A stretch of DNA of 63,323 nt, counting the filler, from Desulfonatronovibrionaceae bacterium (GTDB lineage: Bacteria > Desulfobacterota > Desulfovibrionia > Desulfovibrionales > Desulfonatronovibrionaceae): assembly GCA_046539845.1 (NCBI GenBank). It is 3 parts of 2 records of this genome, joined end to end, with 100 filler letters (N's around TTAATTAATTAA, not from the genome) between each part and the next. Parts side by side here need not be neighbours in the genome. Positions count along the whole stretch, not along the records: positions 1 to 12,936 come from JBKHGE010000005.1; 2 more parts are not named here. One strand, given 5' to 3'. The notes under the pieces were generated by a model, which was not told where the DNA came from, made no database searches, and saw only the letters and a program-made list of their open reading frames with translations. Each line of letters begins with the position of its first letter. Within the stretch, counting starts at the first letter, position 1. Both the position numbers and the translations under genes were made by a program. This document shows positions 1 through 8,811 of the stretch, one piece after another.

Positions 1-86
1 TGTTACTCGACAAAGAATAAATTACAACTGAATAAAAATCGCTCGTTTTAGGTAAAAATAAGCCCCCAAAAAGGGAGTAGTTTTCA

Positions 87-142
87 TTTACATATTACCA
101 TTACAAACATGTCATTAAATCGTAACAAAGATATGCCATTTT
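87..142 (+). promoter_or_regulatory. Putative tandem Pho-box array with -10 element
   Basis: Heptamers at exact 11-bp spacing: TTTACAT(87), CCATTAC(98), ATGTCAT(109), TCGTAAC(120), compared with PhoB consensus CTGTCAT-N4-CTGTCAC. CATTTT (137-142) lies 10 nt after the last unit. The downstream operon contains a PhoU domain. Confidence 0.6.
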
Positions 143-273
143 TTATGGGTATTAAGATGAGGAGCTTGGCGACTCGGATTTCCCGCTTCGATAATAACAA
201 GCCGCTGTATATATGCGGCAACTAAATATAAAAATAACCCATTTTTAAAACACAAGCAATTAAGGATAGGTCC

Positions 274-789
274 ATGAGCAAAAACGGCGTTGAAAATTTC
301 GGGGAATGTAGCGAAATTACGGGTTTTCTGCGGCTCCTGGCCGAAAGTTTGGAAAAAGGGCACGAAGAGATTCCTCAATACCATACTCCCTTGCTCGGCT
401 TCGAAAAAATGAAAATCAGTATCAAGCGCAAGGGGGCAGAGTATAAGCTTAAAATGAAGCTGAGTTTTCCGGGCGAGGAAGAAGAGGAAGACAAGGGGGA
501 AAGCTATAAGACACTCAAGAAAAGAATGAAAATATATTTCAAGGAAATAAAAAAATCTTTGGACAGAAGAATCCTGCCTTCATCAGAAATAATCAATATT
601 TTTCAGGAAGATTCACGGAAAATGGTTCAATACACCGGGACAGACATGGGAGAAGAGCTTTACCCGCAATACCTGGAGGTCTGCAGCGACCTGGAAAAAG
701 CCTACCGGGAAAAAGACATCCAAAAATTATACGCCGCCTACACTGAGCTGGAAAGGCAAAAAAGGGTCTGTCACGAAAAATACAAATAA
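274..789 (+). CDS. GAK system xxxCH domain protein with N-terminal amphi-Trp-like domain
   Basis: C-terminus KRVCHEKYK is a cytochrome c'-like CxxCH with the first Cys missing. First gene of the GAK cluster. No signal peptide. Confidence 0.8.
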   Translation: MSKNGVENFGECSEITGFLRLLAESLEKGHEEIPQYHTPLLGFEKMKISIKRKGAEYKLKMKLSFPGEEEEEDKGESYKTLKKRMKIYFKEIKKSLDRRILPSSEIINIFQEDSRKMVQYTGTDMGEELYPQYLEVCSDLEKAYREKDIQKLYAAYTELERQKRVCHEKYK

Positions 790-802
790 AAAAGGCACTG
801 TC

Positions 803-1963
803 ATGCAGGCAAAGCAAAATAAAATAAAACATGTATACAACCTTGTCCCGGAAAAGCTTCCCCGGGAAATAAGCCAGGAGGACGAGAGGATTTTTTTCTC
901 CATCACCTCCGAGGAGCTAACCGGGAAACAGATCAAGAAAATAAAGCAGCCCGAGGCAAAATACCCGCATCAAAAGGTAGTTTTGGCGGCGCACTGGCAT
1001 CCGGAATTCGTGTCCATCGACATGGCCATGGAAAGAATGCGGGCCATGTTTCCCAATCTGGAAAAAGAGCTGGTCATTCCCACTCAGCATAATGAGTTGC
1101 TGACTTACAAGGGGTACAGCGGCGTGGAAGTTGACTGCTACTCCCGGGGGTTCAACCAAAAAGTACAATTGCTTTTGCACTTTGAACGGGACAAAGTAAA
1201 AGAGGCATCCATACTCAAATCCATGCTGGAGCATACCCGCAAGTACAGAGCCTCCCAGCTTTTTGAGTTCATCCGGGCAATAACCGGAGACAATGACTCA
1301 AAACTACAAAAAGCCGCCCGGGAGACAGGGGCGGGAGAAGACGTAGTCAGGTTCACCCAAATTTACGTTAAAAAAATCGAAGAACTTATTGAAAAACACT
1401 ATTCAACGCTGCCTGCAAACAGCATTAAAAACAAGGTGTTGCGTAATTTTTTCGACAGTCTACGTCCGGTTTATTCCGACCAGCTCATAGACAGAGTCCT
1501 GACGTTTATAAAATCGATCAAAAAAATGGTCAAAGCGGATTTCAATCTGAACTATTTCTATCGCACTTCGGAAATTATCGAGGAAGCCCGCCTTCATGGC
1601 GGAGGGATTGTAGTCCCTCACCCGGAACAATTTTGGCCTATTTTGCTTGCCGAATATGATGTTGACGGATACGAGGTCTGGAATCCTCAATCCCAAAGAT
1701 ATACGGACTTCTTGATATCCGTTGTTAACAGAAAAAATGCGGAAAAGCGAAATTCGCAAAAGGAACTCCTGATTTTCATGGGCGATGACACCCACATGGG
1801 TGAAAAGGCCAAGGATCCGGCCTTTCAAAATAAAGAAAAAGCGGGGCGGGAAATCGGATATCAACCCGCCTGGGACGACATGCACATAAGGAAAAAACTC
1901 ATAACCGCCCAGGTAAACAGAACAAGCGTGATCGATACTTATAAAGAACGCTTGGCCGGGTAA
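803..1963 (+). CDS. PHP-family metal-dependent phosphoesterase-like protein
   Basis: Motifs HWHPE, QHNE, GVEVD, PHPE, GYEVWNP and MGDDTH follow PHP motif order. Confidence 0.65.
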   Translation: MQAKQNKIKHVYNLVPEKLPREISQEDERIFFSITSEELTGKQIKKIKQPEAKYPHQKVVLAAHWHPEFVSIDMAMERMRAMFPNLEKELVIPTQHNELLTYKGYSGVEVDCYSRGFNQKVQLLLHFERDKVKEASILKSMLEHTRKYRASQLFEFIRAITGDNDSKLQKAARETGAGEDVVRFTQIYVKKIEELIEKHYSTLPANSIKNKVLRNFFDSLRPVYSDQLIDRVLTFIKSIKKMVKADFNLNYFYRTSEIIEEARLHGGGIVVPHPEQFWPILLAEYDVDGYEVWNPQSQRYTDFLISVVNRKNAEKRNSQKELLIFMGDDTHMGEKAKDPAFQNKEKAGREIGYQPAWDDMHIRKKLITAQVNRTSVIDTYKERLAG

Positions 1964-2020
1964 AAAAGAGGCAAGCCGGAATCAACCACCCAAAACAAGC
2001 AACTGCGCGGGGGAATAAAG

Positions 2021-2299
2021 ATGTCCAAGGAGAACAAATTTTCTCACGAATCAATTCAGGATTCACAGTCAATAAAGCAGTTCCTGGAAGCACTGGAAGA
2101 AGGTCTGGAAAAAGGGACCATGCACCTGTCCAATCAGACCGAGAGCATTGATCTGTTTCCGCAGGGCCTTCTAAAATTCAGCATTAAAGCCAAGAGAAAA
2201 GACGAAACTAACAAGATATCCCTCAAAATAGAATGGAAAGACAGTCGGACCAGCGAACTCATATCCACTGCTCCGGTGAACATAACCGCCACTGAATAA
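2021..2299 (+). CDS. Amphi-Trp domain protein
   Basis: Amphipathic helix FLEALEEGLEKG and terminal strand KISLKIEW; GAK context. Confidence 0.85.
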   Translation: MSKENKFSHESIQDSQSIKQFLEALEEGLEKGTMHLSNQTESIDLFPQGLLKFSIKAKRKDETNKISLKIEWKDSRTSELISTAPVNITATE

Positions 2300-2358
2300 G
2301 CCGGGAAATTTTAAAGACTGAAATCCAAGATAACCACTACGGGGTGACCAAATAACCT

Positions 2359-4008
2359 ATGATCTCATTTGAAACCATTCAAGAAAACTTCTACTTCATG
2401 ATTTTGGAAGTCAAAAATCAGGTATATAACACCTTTGACTTCCTGAATTCCCCGGAGCCGGAACTATATGAGAAAATAATCTCCAAAGATGATTACATAG
2501 ACAATCTCAAAAATGTAATCGAAAGCAAATGCTTTTCCCGGATTCTTCCCTCTTCCGGACTGGTAAAAAAAGAAATCAATAAAATCCGGGCAATTCACAC
2601 CATAACCGTGAATCTGGAAAGAATCGGGGATTTCTGTGTAAACGTGGCCGAACAAATGAAATACCTGAGCGACTACAAGGTCCTGTATGGATTTGATTAT
2701 GATGAAATGCTCACGGAAATTCTCCGGGGACTCTCTAATATAAATGCGGCCATGCGCAAAAACGATCTCGCCCTTACCCTGGATATCTGTCGCACGGAAA
2801 ACAATCTGGACAAGATGTACAAAGTCCATTTCGATCATGTTCTTGGCCAGCTCTCGGAAAAACGGGTCCATCCTGGGGATTACATCACCATTTTATTCAT
2901 TGTCCGCTATTTGGAACGTATCGGAGACTCGCTCTTAAATATCGGAGAAGCCATCCTTTTCGATATCATAGGAGAAAAAATCAAGATCAACCAGTTCCAG
3001 GCTTTGCAACAGAATCTGGATCAGACCGGATTCGAGGGGCCAATCTCCGAGGTGGACTTTCAGGGCATATGGGGCTCGAGATCAGGATGCCGAATAGGCA
3101 GGATAAACGACAAACAGACCAACCCGGACAGCGCCCGGGGGAGTATCTTCAAGGAAGGGGCAATCAATAAAATCTCCAAGGAACGGGAGAATCTGAATAT
3201 TTGGCAGGAAAAATTCCCGGGGGTGGTCCCCAAGGTGTTCAGCTACCAGCAAAGTGACTCCGAAGACAAGGCTTCCATGCTGATAGAATTTCTTCCCGGA
3301 TGTACCTTGGACGAGGAGATACTAACAGCCGAACTAAACGTCCTCAAATCGGTCTATGCCGATTTTGAAGCGCAGCTCGCCCATATATGGGAAAACACCA
3401 TCAGAAAGGAAAAAACTCCTACAGATTACGTGAATCAATTCCGCTCCAGAAGGAACGCCGTGCTCCAGGTGCATCCTGAATTCAGGGGTGGAGAACAGAG
3501 GATGCAGGAAGTGCGGGTCAAGTCGATAAGCGGCCTCCTGGATGAAGCGGCCGGATATGAAGCCGAAACCCCCTCTCCTTTAAGTATTCTTATTCACGGA
3601 GACTTCAACGTAAACAATATAGTTTATGAACAGCGTAAAAAAACAATTCATTTCATAGACATGTATAGATCGCGCCAATATGATTACATTCAGGATGTTT
3701 CGGTTTTTCTCATTTCCAATTTCCGTATGCCGATATTCGACTCCAATCTGCGGACGCGCCTGAATTGGGTGATCGAAAAATTCTACAGCTTTGCCAAATC
3801 CTTTGCGGACAAACACGAAGACACGACATTTGATGCCCGACTATCCCTGGCTCTGGCCAGATCATTCTATACCTCCACCCGTTTCGAACTGAACAAGACT
3901 TTTGCAAACGAGATGTTCCTTCGAGCCCGATTTCTTCTGGAAAAACTATGCCTGTCCGGCAAAAAGCAGTCACAATTTAGGATACCAAAAGAGATCCTTT
4001 TTTACTGA
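2359..4008 (+). CDS. PhoU domain / aminoglycoside-phosphotransferase-like kinase fusion
   Basis: Two PhoU repeats (DDYIDNL..LERIGD; ENNLD..LERIGD), then a kinase fold with IFKEG, IHGDFNVNN and FIDMY. Confidence 0.85.
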   Translation: MISFETIQENFYFMILEVKNQVYNTFDFLNSPEPELYEKIISKDDYIDNLKNVIESKCFSRILPSSGLVKKEINKIRAIHTITVNLERIGDFCVNVAEQMKYLSDYKVLYGFDYDEMLTEILRGLSNINAAMRKNDLALTLDICRTENNLDKMYKVHFDHVLGQLSEKRVHPGDYITILFIVRYLERIGDSLLNIGEAILFDIIGEKIKINQFQALQQNLDQTGFEGPISEVDFQGIWGSRSGCRIGRINDKQTNPDSARGSIFKEGAINKISKERENLNIWQEKFPGVVPKVFSYQQSDSEDKASMLIEFLPGCTLDEEILTAELNVLKSVYADFEAQLAHIWENTIRKEKTPTDYVNQFRSRRNAVLQVHPEFRGGEQRMQEVRVKSISGLLDEAAGYEAETPSPLSILIHGDFNVNNIVYEQRKKTIHFIDMYRSRQYDYIQDVSVFLISNFRMPIFDSNLRTRLNWVIEKFYSFAKSFADKHEDTTFDARLSLALARSFYTSTRFELNKTFANEMFLRARFLLEKLCLSGKKQSQFRIPKEILFY

Positions 4009-4109
4009 TGATCAAGATACAGCATGAACCATTGATTTTTCACCCCGACCAAACGGCTTTTGCATCGAATCAAAACCAATAACACCAAGAAATACAAGAG
4101 AAAGTTAAA

Positions 4110-4985
4110 ATGCGCATAGGAGTGGTTGGAACGGTTGACGGATGGTCTTCGGAAAAACTGGCGGATACGGTCCAAAAGCTCACCGGCTTTCGTCTTCTGG
4201 TGGACATGGACCACTTTTCCCTGGATCTCAGCAACAGGGAAGCTATTTACGGTGATACGGACCTGACCCAGCTGGACGGACTGATCATAAAAAAGATCGG
4301 AGCCAGATATTCCCCTAATTTGCTGGATCGCCTGGATTGCCTGCGTTTTTTGCATGAATCCGGTCTGCCTGTATTTTCCGCACCGGCCAATATAACGCGC
4401 GTTATAAACAGACTGAGCTGCACGACAGCCATGTGCCTGGCCGGCATTCCCATGCCGGAAACCACTGTTACCGAAGACGTGGACACCGCCTTGAGGACAG
4501 TGGAAAAATACAGTCAGGCGGTATTCAAGCCCCTTTACTCCTCTAAGGCCCGAGGGATGTCCCTGATACAGGCTGGCCCCGGGGCCCGGGAGGCGATAGT
4601 CAATTTCAAGCGAGACAATCCGCTAATGTATATCCAGAAAAGGATAGAACTCAATGACCGGGATTTGGGATTAGCTTTTCTGGGCGGCAAATACCTGGCC
4701 ACCTATTCCCGTTTAAAACAAAATTCTTCTTGGAACACCACGACACTAAACGGCGGTAAATACGCGCCCTACGAACCTTCTCCGGAAAGCATAGCAGTGG
4801 CCGAAAAAGCGCAAAGCCTATTTAAACTTGATTTCACCTGTGTAGATGTCGTGGAAACAGCTAACGGCCCGGTGGTCTTTGAAGTCTCCGCTTTCGGCGG
4901 ATTTCGGGGAATCCAGGATGCATGCGGCCTGGATGCTGCTGAGCTCTATGTCAACTATGTCCTGGAGAAACTACAAAATGCCTGA
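4110..4985 (+). CDS. GAK system ATP-grasp enzyme (RimK/GshB-like)
   Basis: KPLYSSKARG, YIQKRI, WNTT and VDVVE..VFEVSAFGGF motifs. Confidence 0.9.
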   Translation: MRIGVVGTVDGWSSEKLADTVQKLTGFRLLVDMDHFSLDLSNREAIYGDTDLTQLDGLIIKKIGARYSPNLLDRLDCLRFLHESGLPVFSAPANITRVINRLSCTTAMCLAGIPMPETTVTEDVDTALRTVEKYSQAVFKPLYSSKARGMSLIQAGPGAREAIVNFKRDNPLMYIQKRIELNDRDLGLAFLGGKYLATYSRLKQNSSWNTTTLNGGKYAPYEPSPESIAVAEKAQSLFKLDFTCVDVVETANGPVVFEVSAFGGFRGIQDACGLDAAELYVNYVLEKLQNA

Positions 4986-6048
4986 GAACGCATCCCCCGG
5001 GACCATTAAAAAATACTTTCCCCATACTGAATGCCCTTGGGAATTGTTCCTGGACCTGGGAGGTGTACAGATCAGGGTACAAACCAACAGCCAGGTTCTT
5101 AGAAACGAACTCGAGGAATACTTCAAGGACTTTCTGGGAGGTGAAACGAGAAGGATGCTCAGAATCCAAGCCGTTCAAGCCGAAGAGCCCGATATCCCCG
5201 TTAAATTCAGCGACAAGCCCCAGGAGCCAGGAAAAACAAAAATCAAGGAAGAATTCGCAGACATCGGGGGATGCAGGATAATACGCAAAAAAACGACCAG
5301 GCTCGTTTTCCTGATCGGAGAAGGGATCAATCTGGCCTACGGACCATGCCGGGAAAATCCGAATCAGATAATAAACTTCATAAACAATCGGCTAATCCAA
5401 GTACTTTTACAAAAAAATATGCTCCTTGGTCACGCCGCGGGGATAAAATATGGCAATAAAGGCCTGGCCCTGGCCGGATTCTCCGGCAAAGGAAAATCCA
5501 CCCTGGCTTTGCATCTAATGAGTCTGGGGAGTATTTTTATTAGCAACGACCGCCTTTTGCTGGAAAAAAGCCCGGAAACCCAGCGTATGTATGGCGTACC
5601 CAAACTGCCGCGGATAAACCCCGGAACGGCACTGCACAACAAGGATCTGAAAATGGTTATTCCGGAGTTCGACCGGGACAAATTTTCTCGATTGTCTGCG
5701 GATGAACTCTGGCATCTGGAGCACAAGTATGATGTATATATAGATGAATGTTTCGGGCCGGGAAAATTTGAACTGGCTTGCAGCTATAGTGGACTTGTCC
5801 TCTTGAATTGGGATCATGAGAATACAGAGACGCGTATGGAGCAGATAGACATAAACAAAAGAAGGGATTTGCTTCCCGCATTCATGAAGCACCCCGGACT
5901 GTTCTATTTCCCAAAGGCAGGCCAGTCCCTGAATTTAGATCCGGAAAGCTATGTGCAGGCCCTGTCAAACAAACCGGTATTTGAGATCCACGGCGGAATA
6001 GATTTTGATAAAGCCGCTGAAAAATGTCTTGAATTTCTGAAAAAATGA
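4978..6048 (+). CDS. HprK-related P-loop kinase (GAK system)
   Basis: GHAAG...LAGFSGKGKSTLA Walker A and ISNDR. Start moved to ATG 4978, which overlaps the upstream stop. Confidence 0.85.
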   Translation: MPENASPGTIKKYFPHTECPWELFLDLGGVQIRVQTNSQVLRNELEEYFKDFLGGETRRMLRIQAVQAEEPDIPVKFSDKPQEPGKTKIKEEFADIGGCRIIRKKTTRLVFLIGEGINLAYGPCRENPNQIINFINNRLIQVLLQKNMLLGHAAGIKYGNKGLALAGFSGKGKSTLALHLMSLGSIFISNDRLLLEKSPETQRMYGVPKLPRINPGTALHNKDLKMVIPEFDRDKFSRLSADELWHLEHKYDVYIDECFGPGKFELACSYSGLVLLNWDHENTETRMEQIDINKRRDLLPAFMKHPGLFYFPKAGQSLNLDPESYVQALSNKPVFEIHGGIDFDKAAEKCLEFLKK

Positions 6049-7241
6049 CCATGCGCATACAAATAACCCGGGAAACCGAAATCCCGGACAAATACAAATT
6101 GGCCCGCTTTCGGGAAGCCCCGGCCCTGGGCCCGAAAATTCTGTTTTTCAGTGGGGGTTCGGCACTAAGGGACGTAAGCCGAAACCTTATAAATTACACG
6201 CATAACAGTATCCATATTATAACGCCCTTTGACTCCGGAGGGAGTTCCGCAGTACTTCGAAAGGCATTTAACATGCCGGCTGTCGGGGATATTCGCAACA
6301 GGCTCATGGCCCTGGCCGATCAAAGCATCAAGGGCAATCCGGAGATATTCAACCTTTTTTCGCACAGGCTGCCCAAGGACCGGGAACAAGATGAACTGAA
6401 AAGCATGTTCTACAAAATGGTTCGGGGAAGAAACACCCTGGTGGCCTCGGTCCCGGATCCCATGCGCAAAATAATTCGTCACCACCTGGAGGTATTCTGG
6501 GACAACATGCCGGGCGACTTTGATTTGCGCGGGGCCAGTATCGGAAACTTGGTCCTTGCTGCCGGATACCTGGAAAACAAAGGACATATGGACCCGGTTA
6601 TCTATATCTACTCCAAACTGGTTGAAGTGCGCGGGGTGGTTCGTCCGGTGGTCAATAGCAATCTCCATCTGGCCGGCCGCCTGGAAAACGGGGAAATCCT
6701 CACCGGCCAGCACAATTTGACCGGGAAAGAAGTCCCGAAACTTAAACAACGCATTGACGATTTGTTTCTCGTCCCCAACCTGGAGAGCAAACAGTCGGTT
6801 AATACCCAAATCCGGGAAAAGATCTCCAAAAAGATACGCAAGGCGGATTTGATTTGTTACCCCATGGGCAGTTTCTTTACCAGCATCATCGCCAACCTCC
6901 TGCCCTACGGAGTAGGAAAGGCCATAGGCGAGGCAAAATGTCCGAAAGTGTTTATACCCAATACAGCCAAGGATCCGGAATGCCACAGTCTGACTCTTTC
7001 CCGGCAGCTGCAGCTGCTTATGCATATATTAATGCAGGGATGCGGCAACACTTGCAGCAATGGAGACCTGCTTAATTTCATCGTCCTTGATCGTAATCAT
7101 TCTCTTTACTTAGGCGGGGTGGATAAAAGCAGGATACTCCAATTCGGCGTGGAAATTTTAGAATATGGCTTGGTTACCGAAAAATCCACCCCCTATATTG
7201 ATCCGGAAAAACTTTGCGAAGTACTGCTCTCTACCTGTTGA
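6045..7241 (+). CDS. GAK system CofD/YvcK-like protein
   Basis: FSGGSAL, PFDSGGSS, GDIRN, GASIGNL and PMGSFFTSII motifs of the CofD/YvcK family. ATGA overlap with the upstream gene. Confidence 0.9.
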   Translation: MTMRIQITRETEIPDKYKLARFREAPALGPKILFFSGGSALRDVSRNLINYTHNSIHIITPFDSGGSSAVLRKAFNMPAVGDIRNRLMALADQSIKGNPEIFNLFSHRLPKDREQDELKSMFYKMVRGRNTLVASVPDPMRKIIRHHLEVFWDNMPGDFDLRGASIGNLVLAAGYLENKGHMDPVIYIYSKLVEVRGVVRPVVNSNLHLAGRLENGEILTGQHNLTGKEVPKLKQRIDDLFLVPNLESKQSVNTQIREKISKKIRKADLICYPMGSFFTSIIANLLPYGVGKAIGEAKCPKVFIPNTAKDPECHSLTLSRQLQLLMHILMQGCGNTCSNGDLLNFIVLDRNHSLYLGGVDKSRILQFGVEILEYGLVTEKSTPYIDPEKLCEVLLSTC

Positions 7242-7352
7242 GCTCCAACATTTCCAATTTTTTCGGAAAATATATGGGTACAATATATACAGCTATTTTT
7301 ATTTGCAAAATGCAAATTCTTCGCAACCCAACAAAAAACATGGAGGCATGAA

Positions 7353-7817
7353 ATGGAAGGAAAAAACAAGATTCAAAACAAGAGCTCTATGGATTTAAAA
7401 GAGGTAATCACCTACCTTGAAGAATTGACCAAGGGCTTCAAACAAGGCAAAATAGTAGTTCAACAGGGTGAGGAGTTCCTTTCCCTGCTTCCTCCGGAGT
7501 CGGTCCAGGTGGAAGTCGAGGCCAAGCAAAAAGAGGACAAGGAAAAGTTCAGCTTGGAATTAAGCTGGGTGCCTGTCACATCTGGCAGTGAGGAAAGCGA
7601 AATAAAAATAACCCAAAAAGAGCCTGTTGTTTCCCCGCCGGAGCCGGAAAACAAGGCAAAAGACCCGGAGAAAAAAGAAGGCGGGGGAGAAGAAGCCAAA
7701 ACCGGAAAAGAGATTCCCTCCGCGCAAAAAACGTCCGCAGAATCGGGACAAAAATCCGCTTCGGCCACTAAGACGTCTGCGGCCAAAGGAGCAGCCTCCA
7801 AAAAAAGCGGAGCATAA
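7353..7817 (+). CDS. Amphi-Trp domain protein with low-complexity K/E/A/S tail
   Basis: YLEELTKGFKQG ... KFSLELSW followed by a disordered tail; GGAGG RBS. Confidence 0.85.
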   Translation: MEGKNKIQNKSSMDLKEVITYLEELTKGFKQGKIVVQQGEEFLSLLPPESVQVEVEAKQKEDKEKFSLELSWVPVTSGSEESEIKITQKEPVVSPPEPENKAKDPEKKEGGGEEAKTGKEIPSAQKTSAESGQKSASATKTSAAKGAASKKSGA

Positions 7818-7838
7818 AACCAAGGAGAAAAGCACCTC

Positions 7839-8720
7839 ATGCGGGACCAACAAAAAGCGTATCTGTATGGGGTGCTTACAGTCCTGATCTGGTCCACGGT
7901 GGCCTCGGCCTTCAAGATCAGTCTGAGGTACCTGGATGTGGTCCAGCTGCTGTTCTACTCCAGTCTGACCTCCCTATTCTGTCTTTTTATCCTGGCTGTC
8001 TTCTTTCACGGACCGCGCTTTACCCGCCTATGCTCCCGCGGGGACATCCTGCGCTCGGCCTTGTTGGGACTTCTCAATCCATTCCTGTATTATCTGGTCC
8101 TGTTCAAGGCCTATGACCTCCTTCCCGCCCAGGAGGCCCAGCCGCTCAACTATACCTGGGGAATAACCATAACCATCCTTGCCGTCCCTCTTCTGGGACA
8201 GAAAATAACCGCGAGGAGATTCGCGGCCATTGTGGTCAGCTACCTGGGTGTTGTTGTCATTTCCACGCACGGCACCCCATGGGACATGAATTTTTCAGAC
8301 CCATGGGGCGTTTTTTTGGCCCTTTTCAGCACCCTGATCTGGGCTCTTTACTGGATCGCAAACACCAAAGACAAACTGCCGGCCATTTTGCGCCTGCTCT
8401 TGAATTTTCTGGCGGGAACCGTCTACCTCGGCATTCTTTTACCTTTTGTCTCCACTCCACTTATTTTCTCCCTCAAGGGACTTGCCGGGGCAGTTTACGT
8501 GGGACTTTTTGAGATGGGGATCACTTTTGTCTTCTGGCTGCAGGCCCTTAAATATTCGAAAACCACGGCCCAGGTGAGCAACCTTATTTATCTCTCCCCG
8601 TTTCTGTCCCTTGTATTCATCCACTACCTGGTCGGGGAAAAAATCCTGGTCTCCACACTCATTGGACTGGTGCTGATTCTTTGCGGGCTGATCCTGCAAA
8701 GCCGGGCTAAAGACAACTAA
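7839..8720 (+). CDS. DMT/EamA family transporter
   Basis: About 10 TM segments, duplicated EamA pattern. Confidence 0.85.
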   Translation: MRDQQKAYLYGVLTVLIWSTVASAFKISLRYLDVVQLLFYSSLTSLFCLFILAVFFHGPRFTRLCSRGDILRSALLGLLNPFLYYLVLFKAYDLLPAQEAQPLNYTWGITITILAVPLLGQKITARRFAAIVVSYLGVVVISTHGTPWDMNFSDPWGVFLALFSTLIWALYWIANTKDKLPAILRLLLNFLAGTVYLGILLPFVSTPLIFSLKGLAGAVYVGLFEMGITFVFWLQALKYSKTTAQVSNLIYLSPFLSLVFIHYLVGEKILVSTLIGLVLILCGLILQSRAKDN

Positions 8721-8811
8721 GGTTACAAATAAACTGCTTGATTCTAATCCGTCAGGCAAAACCGTCTTGAACCGAAAGTCCGGACACGGACAAATAATAT
8801 AAGGAGCATTC

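Noticed and set aside
4846..4977. N-terminal extension of the HprK-like ORF (similar extensions at 13986, 18867, 27623, 28713, 41345, 42243)
   Set aside because: They overlap upstream genes or lack an RBS; later starts fit better.
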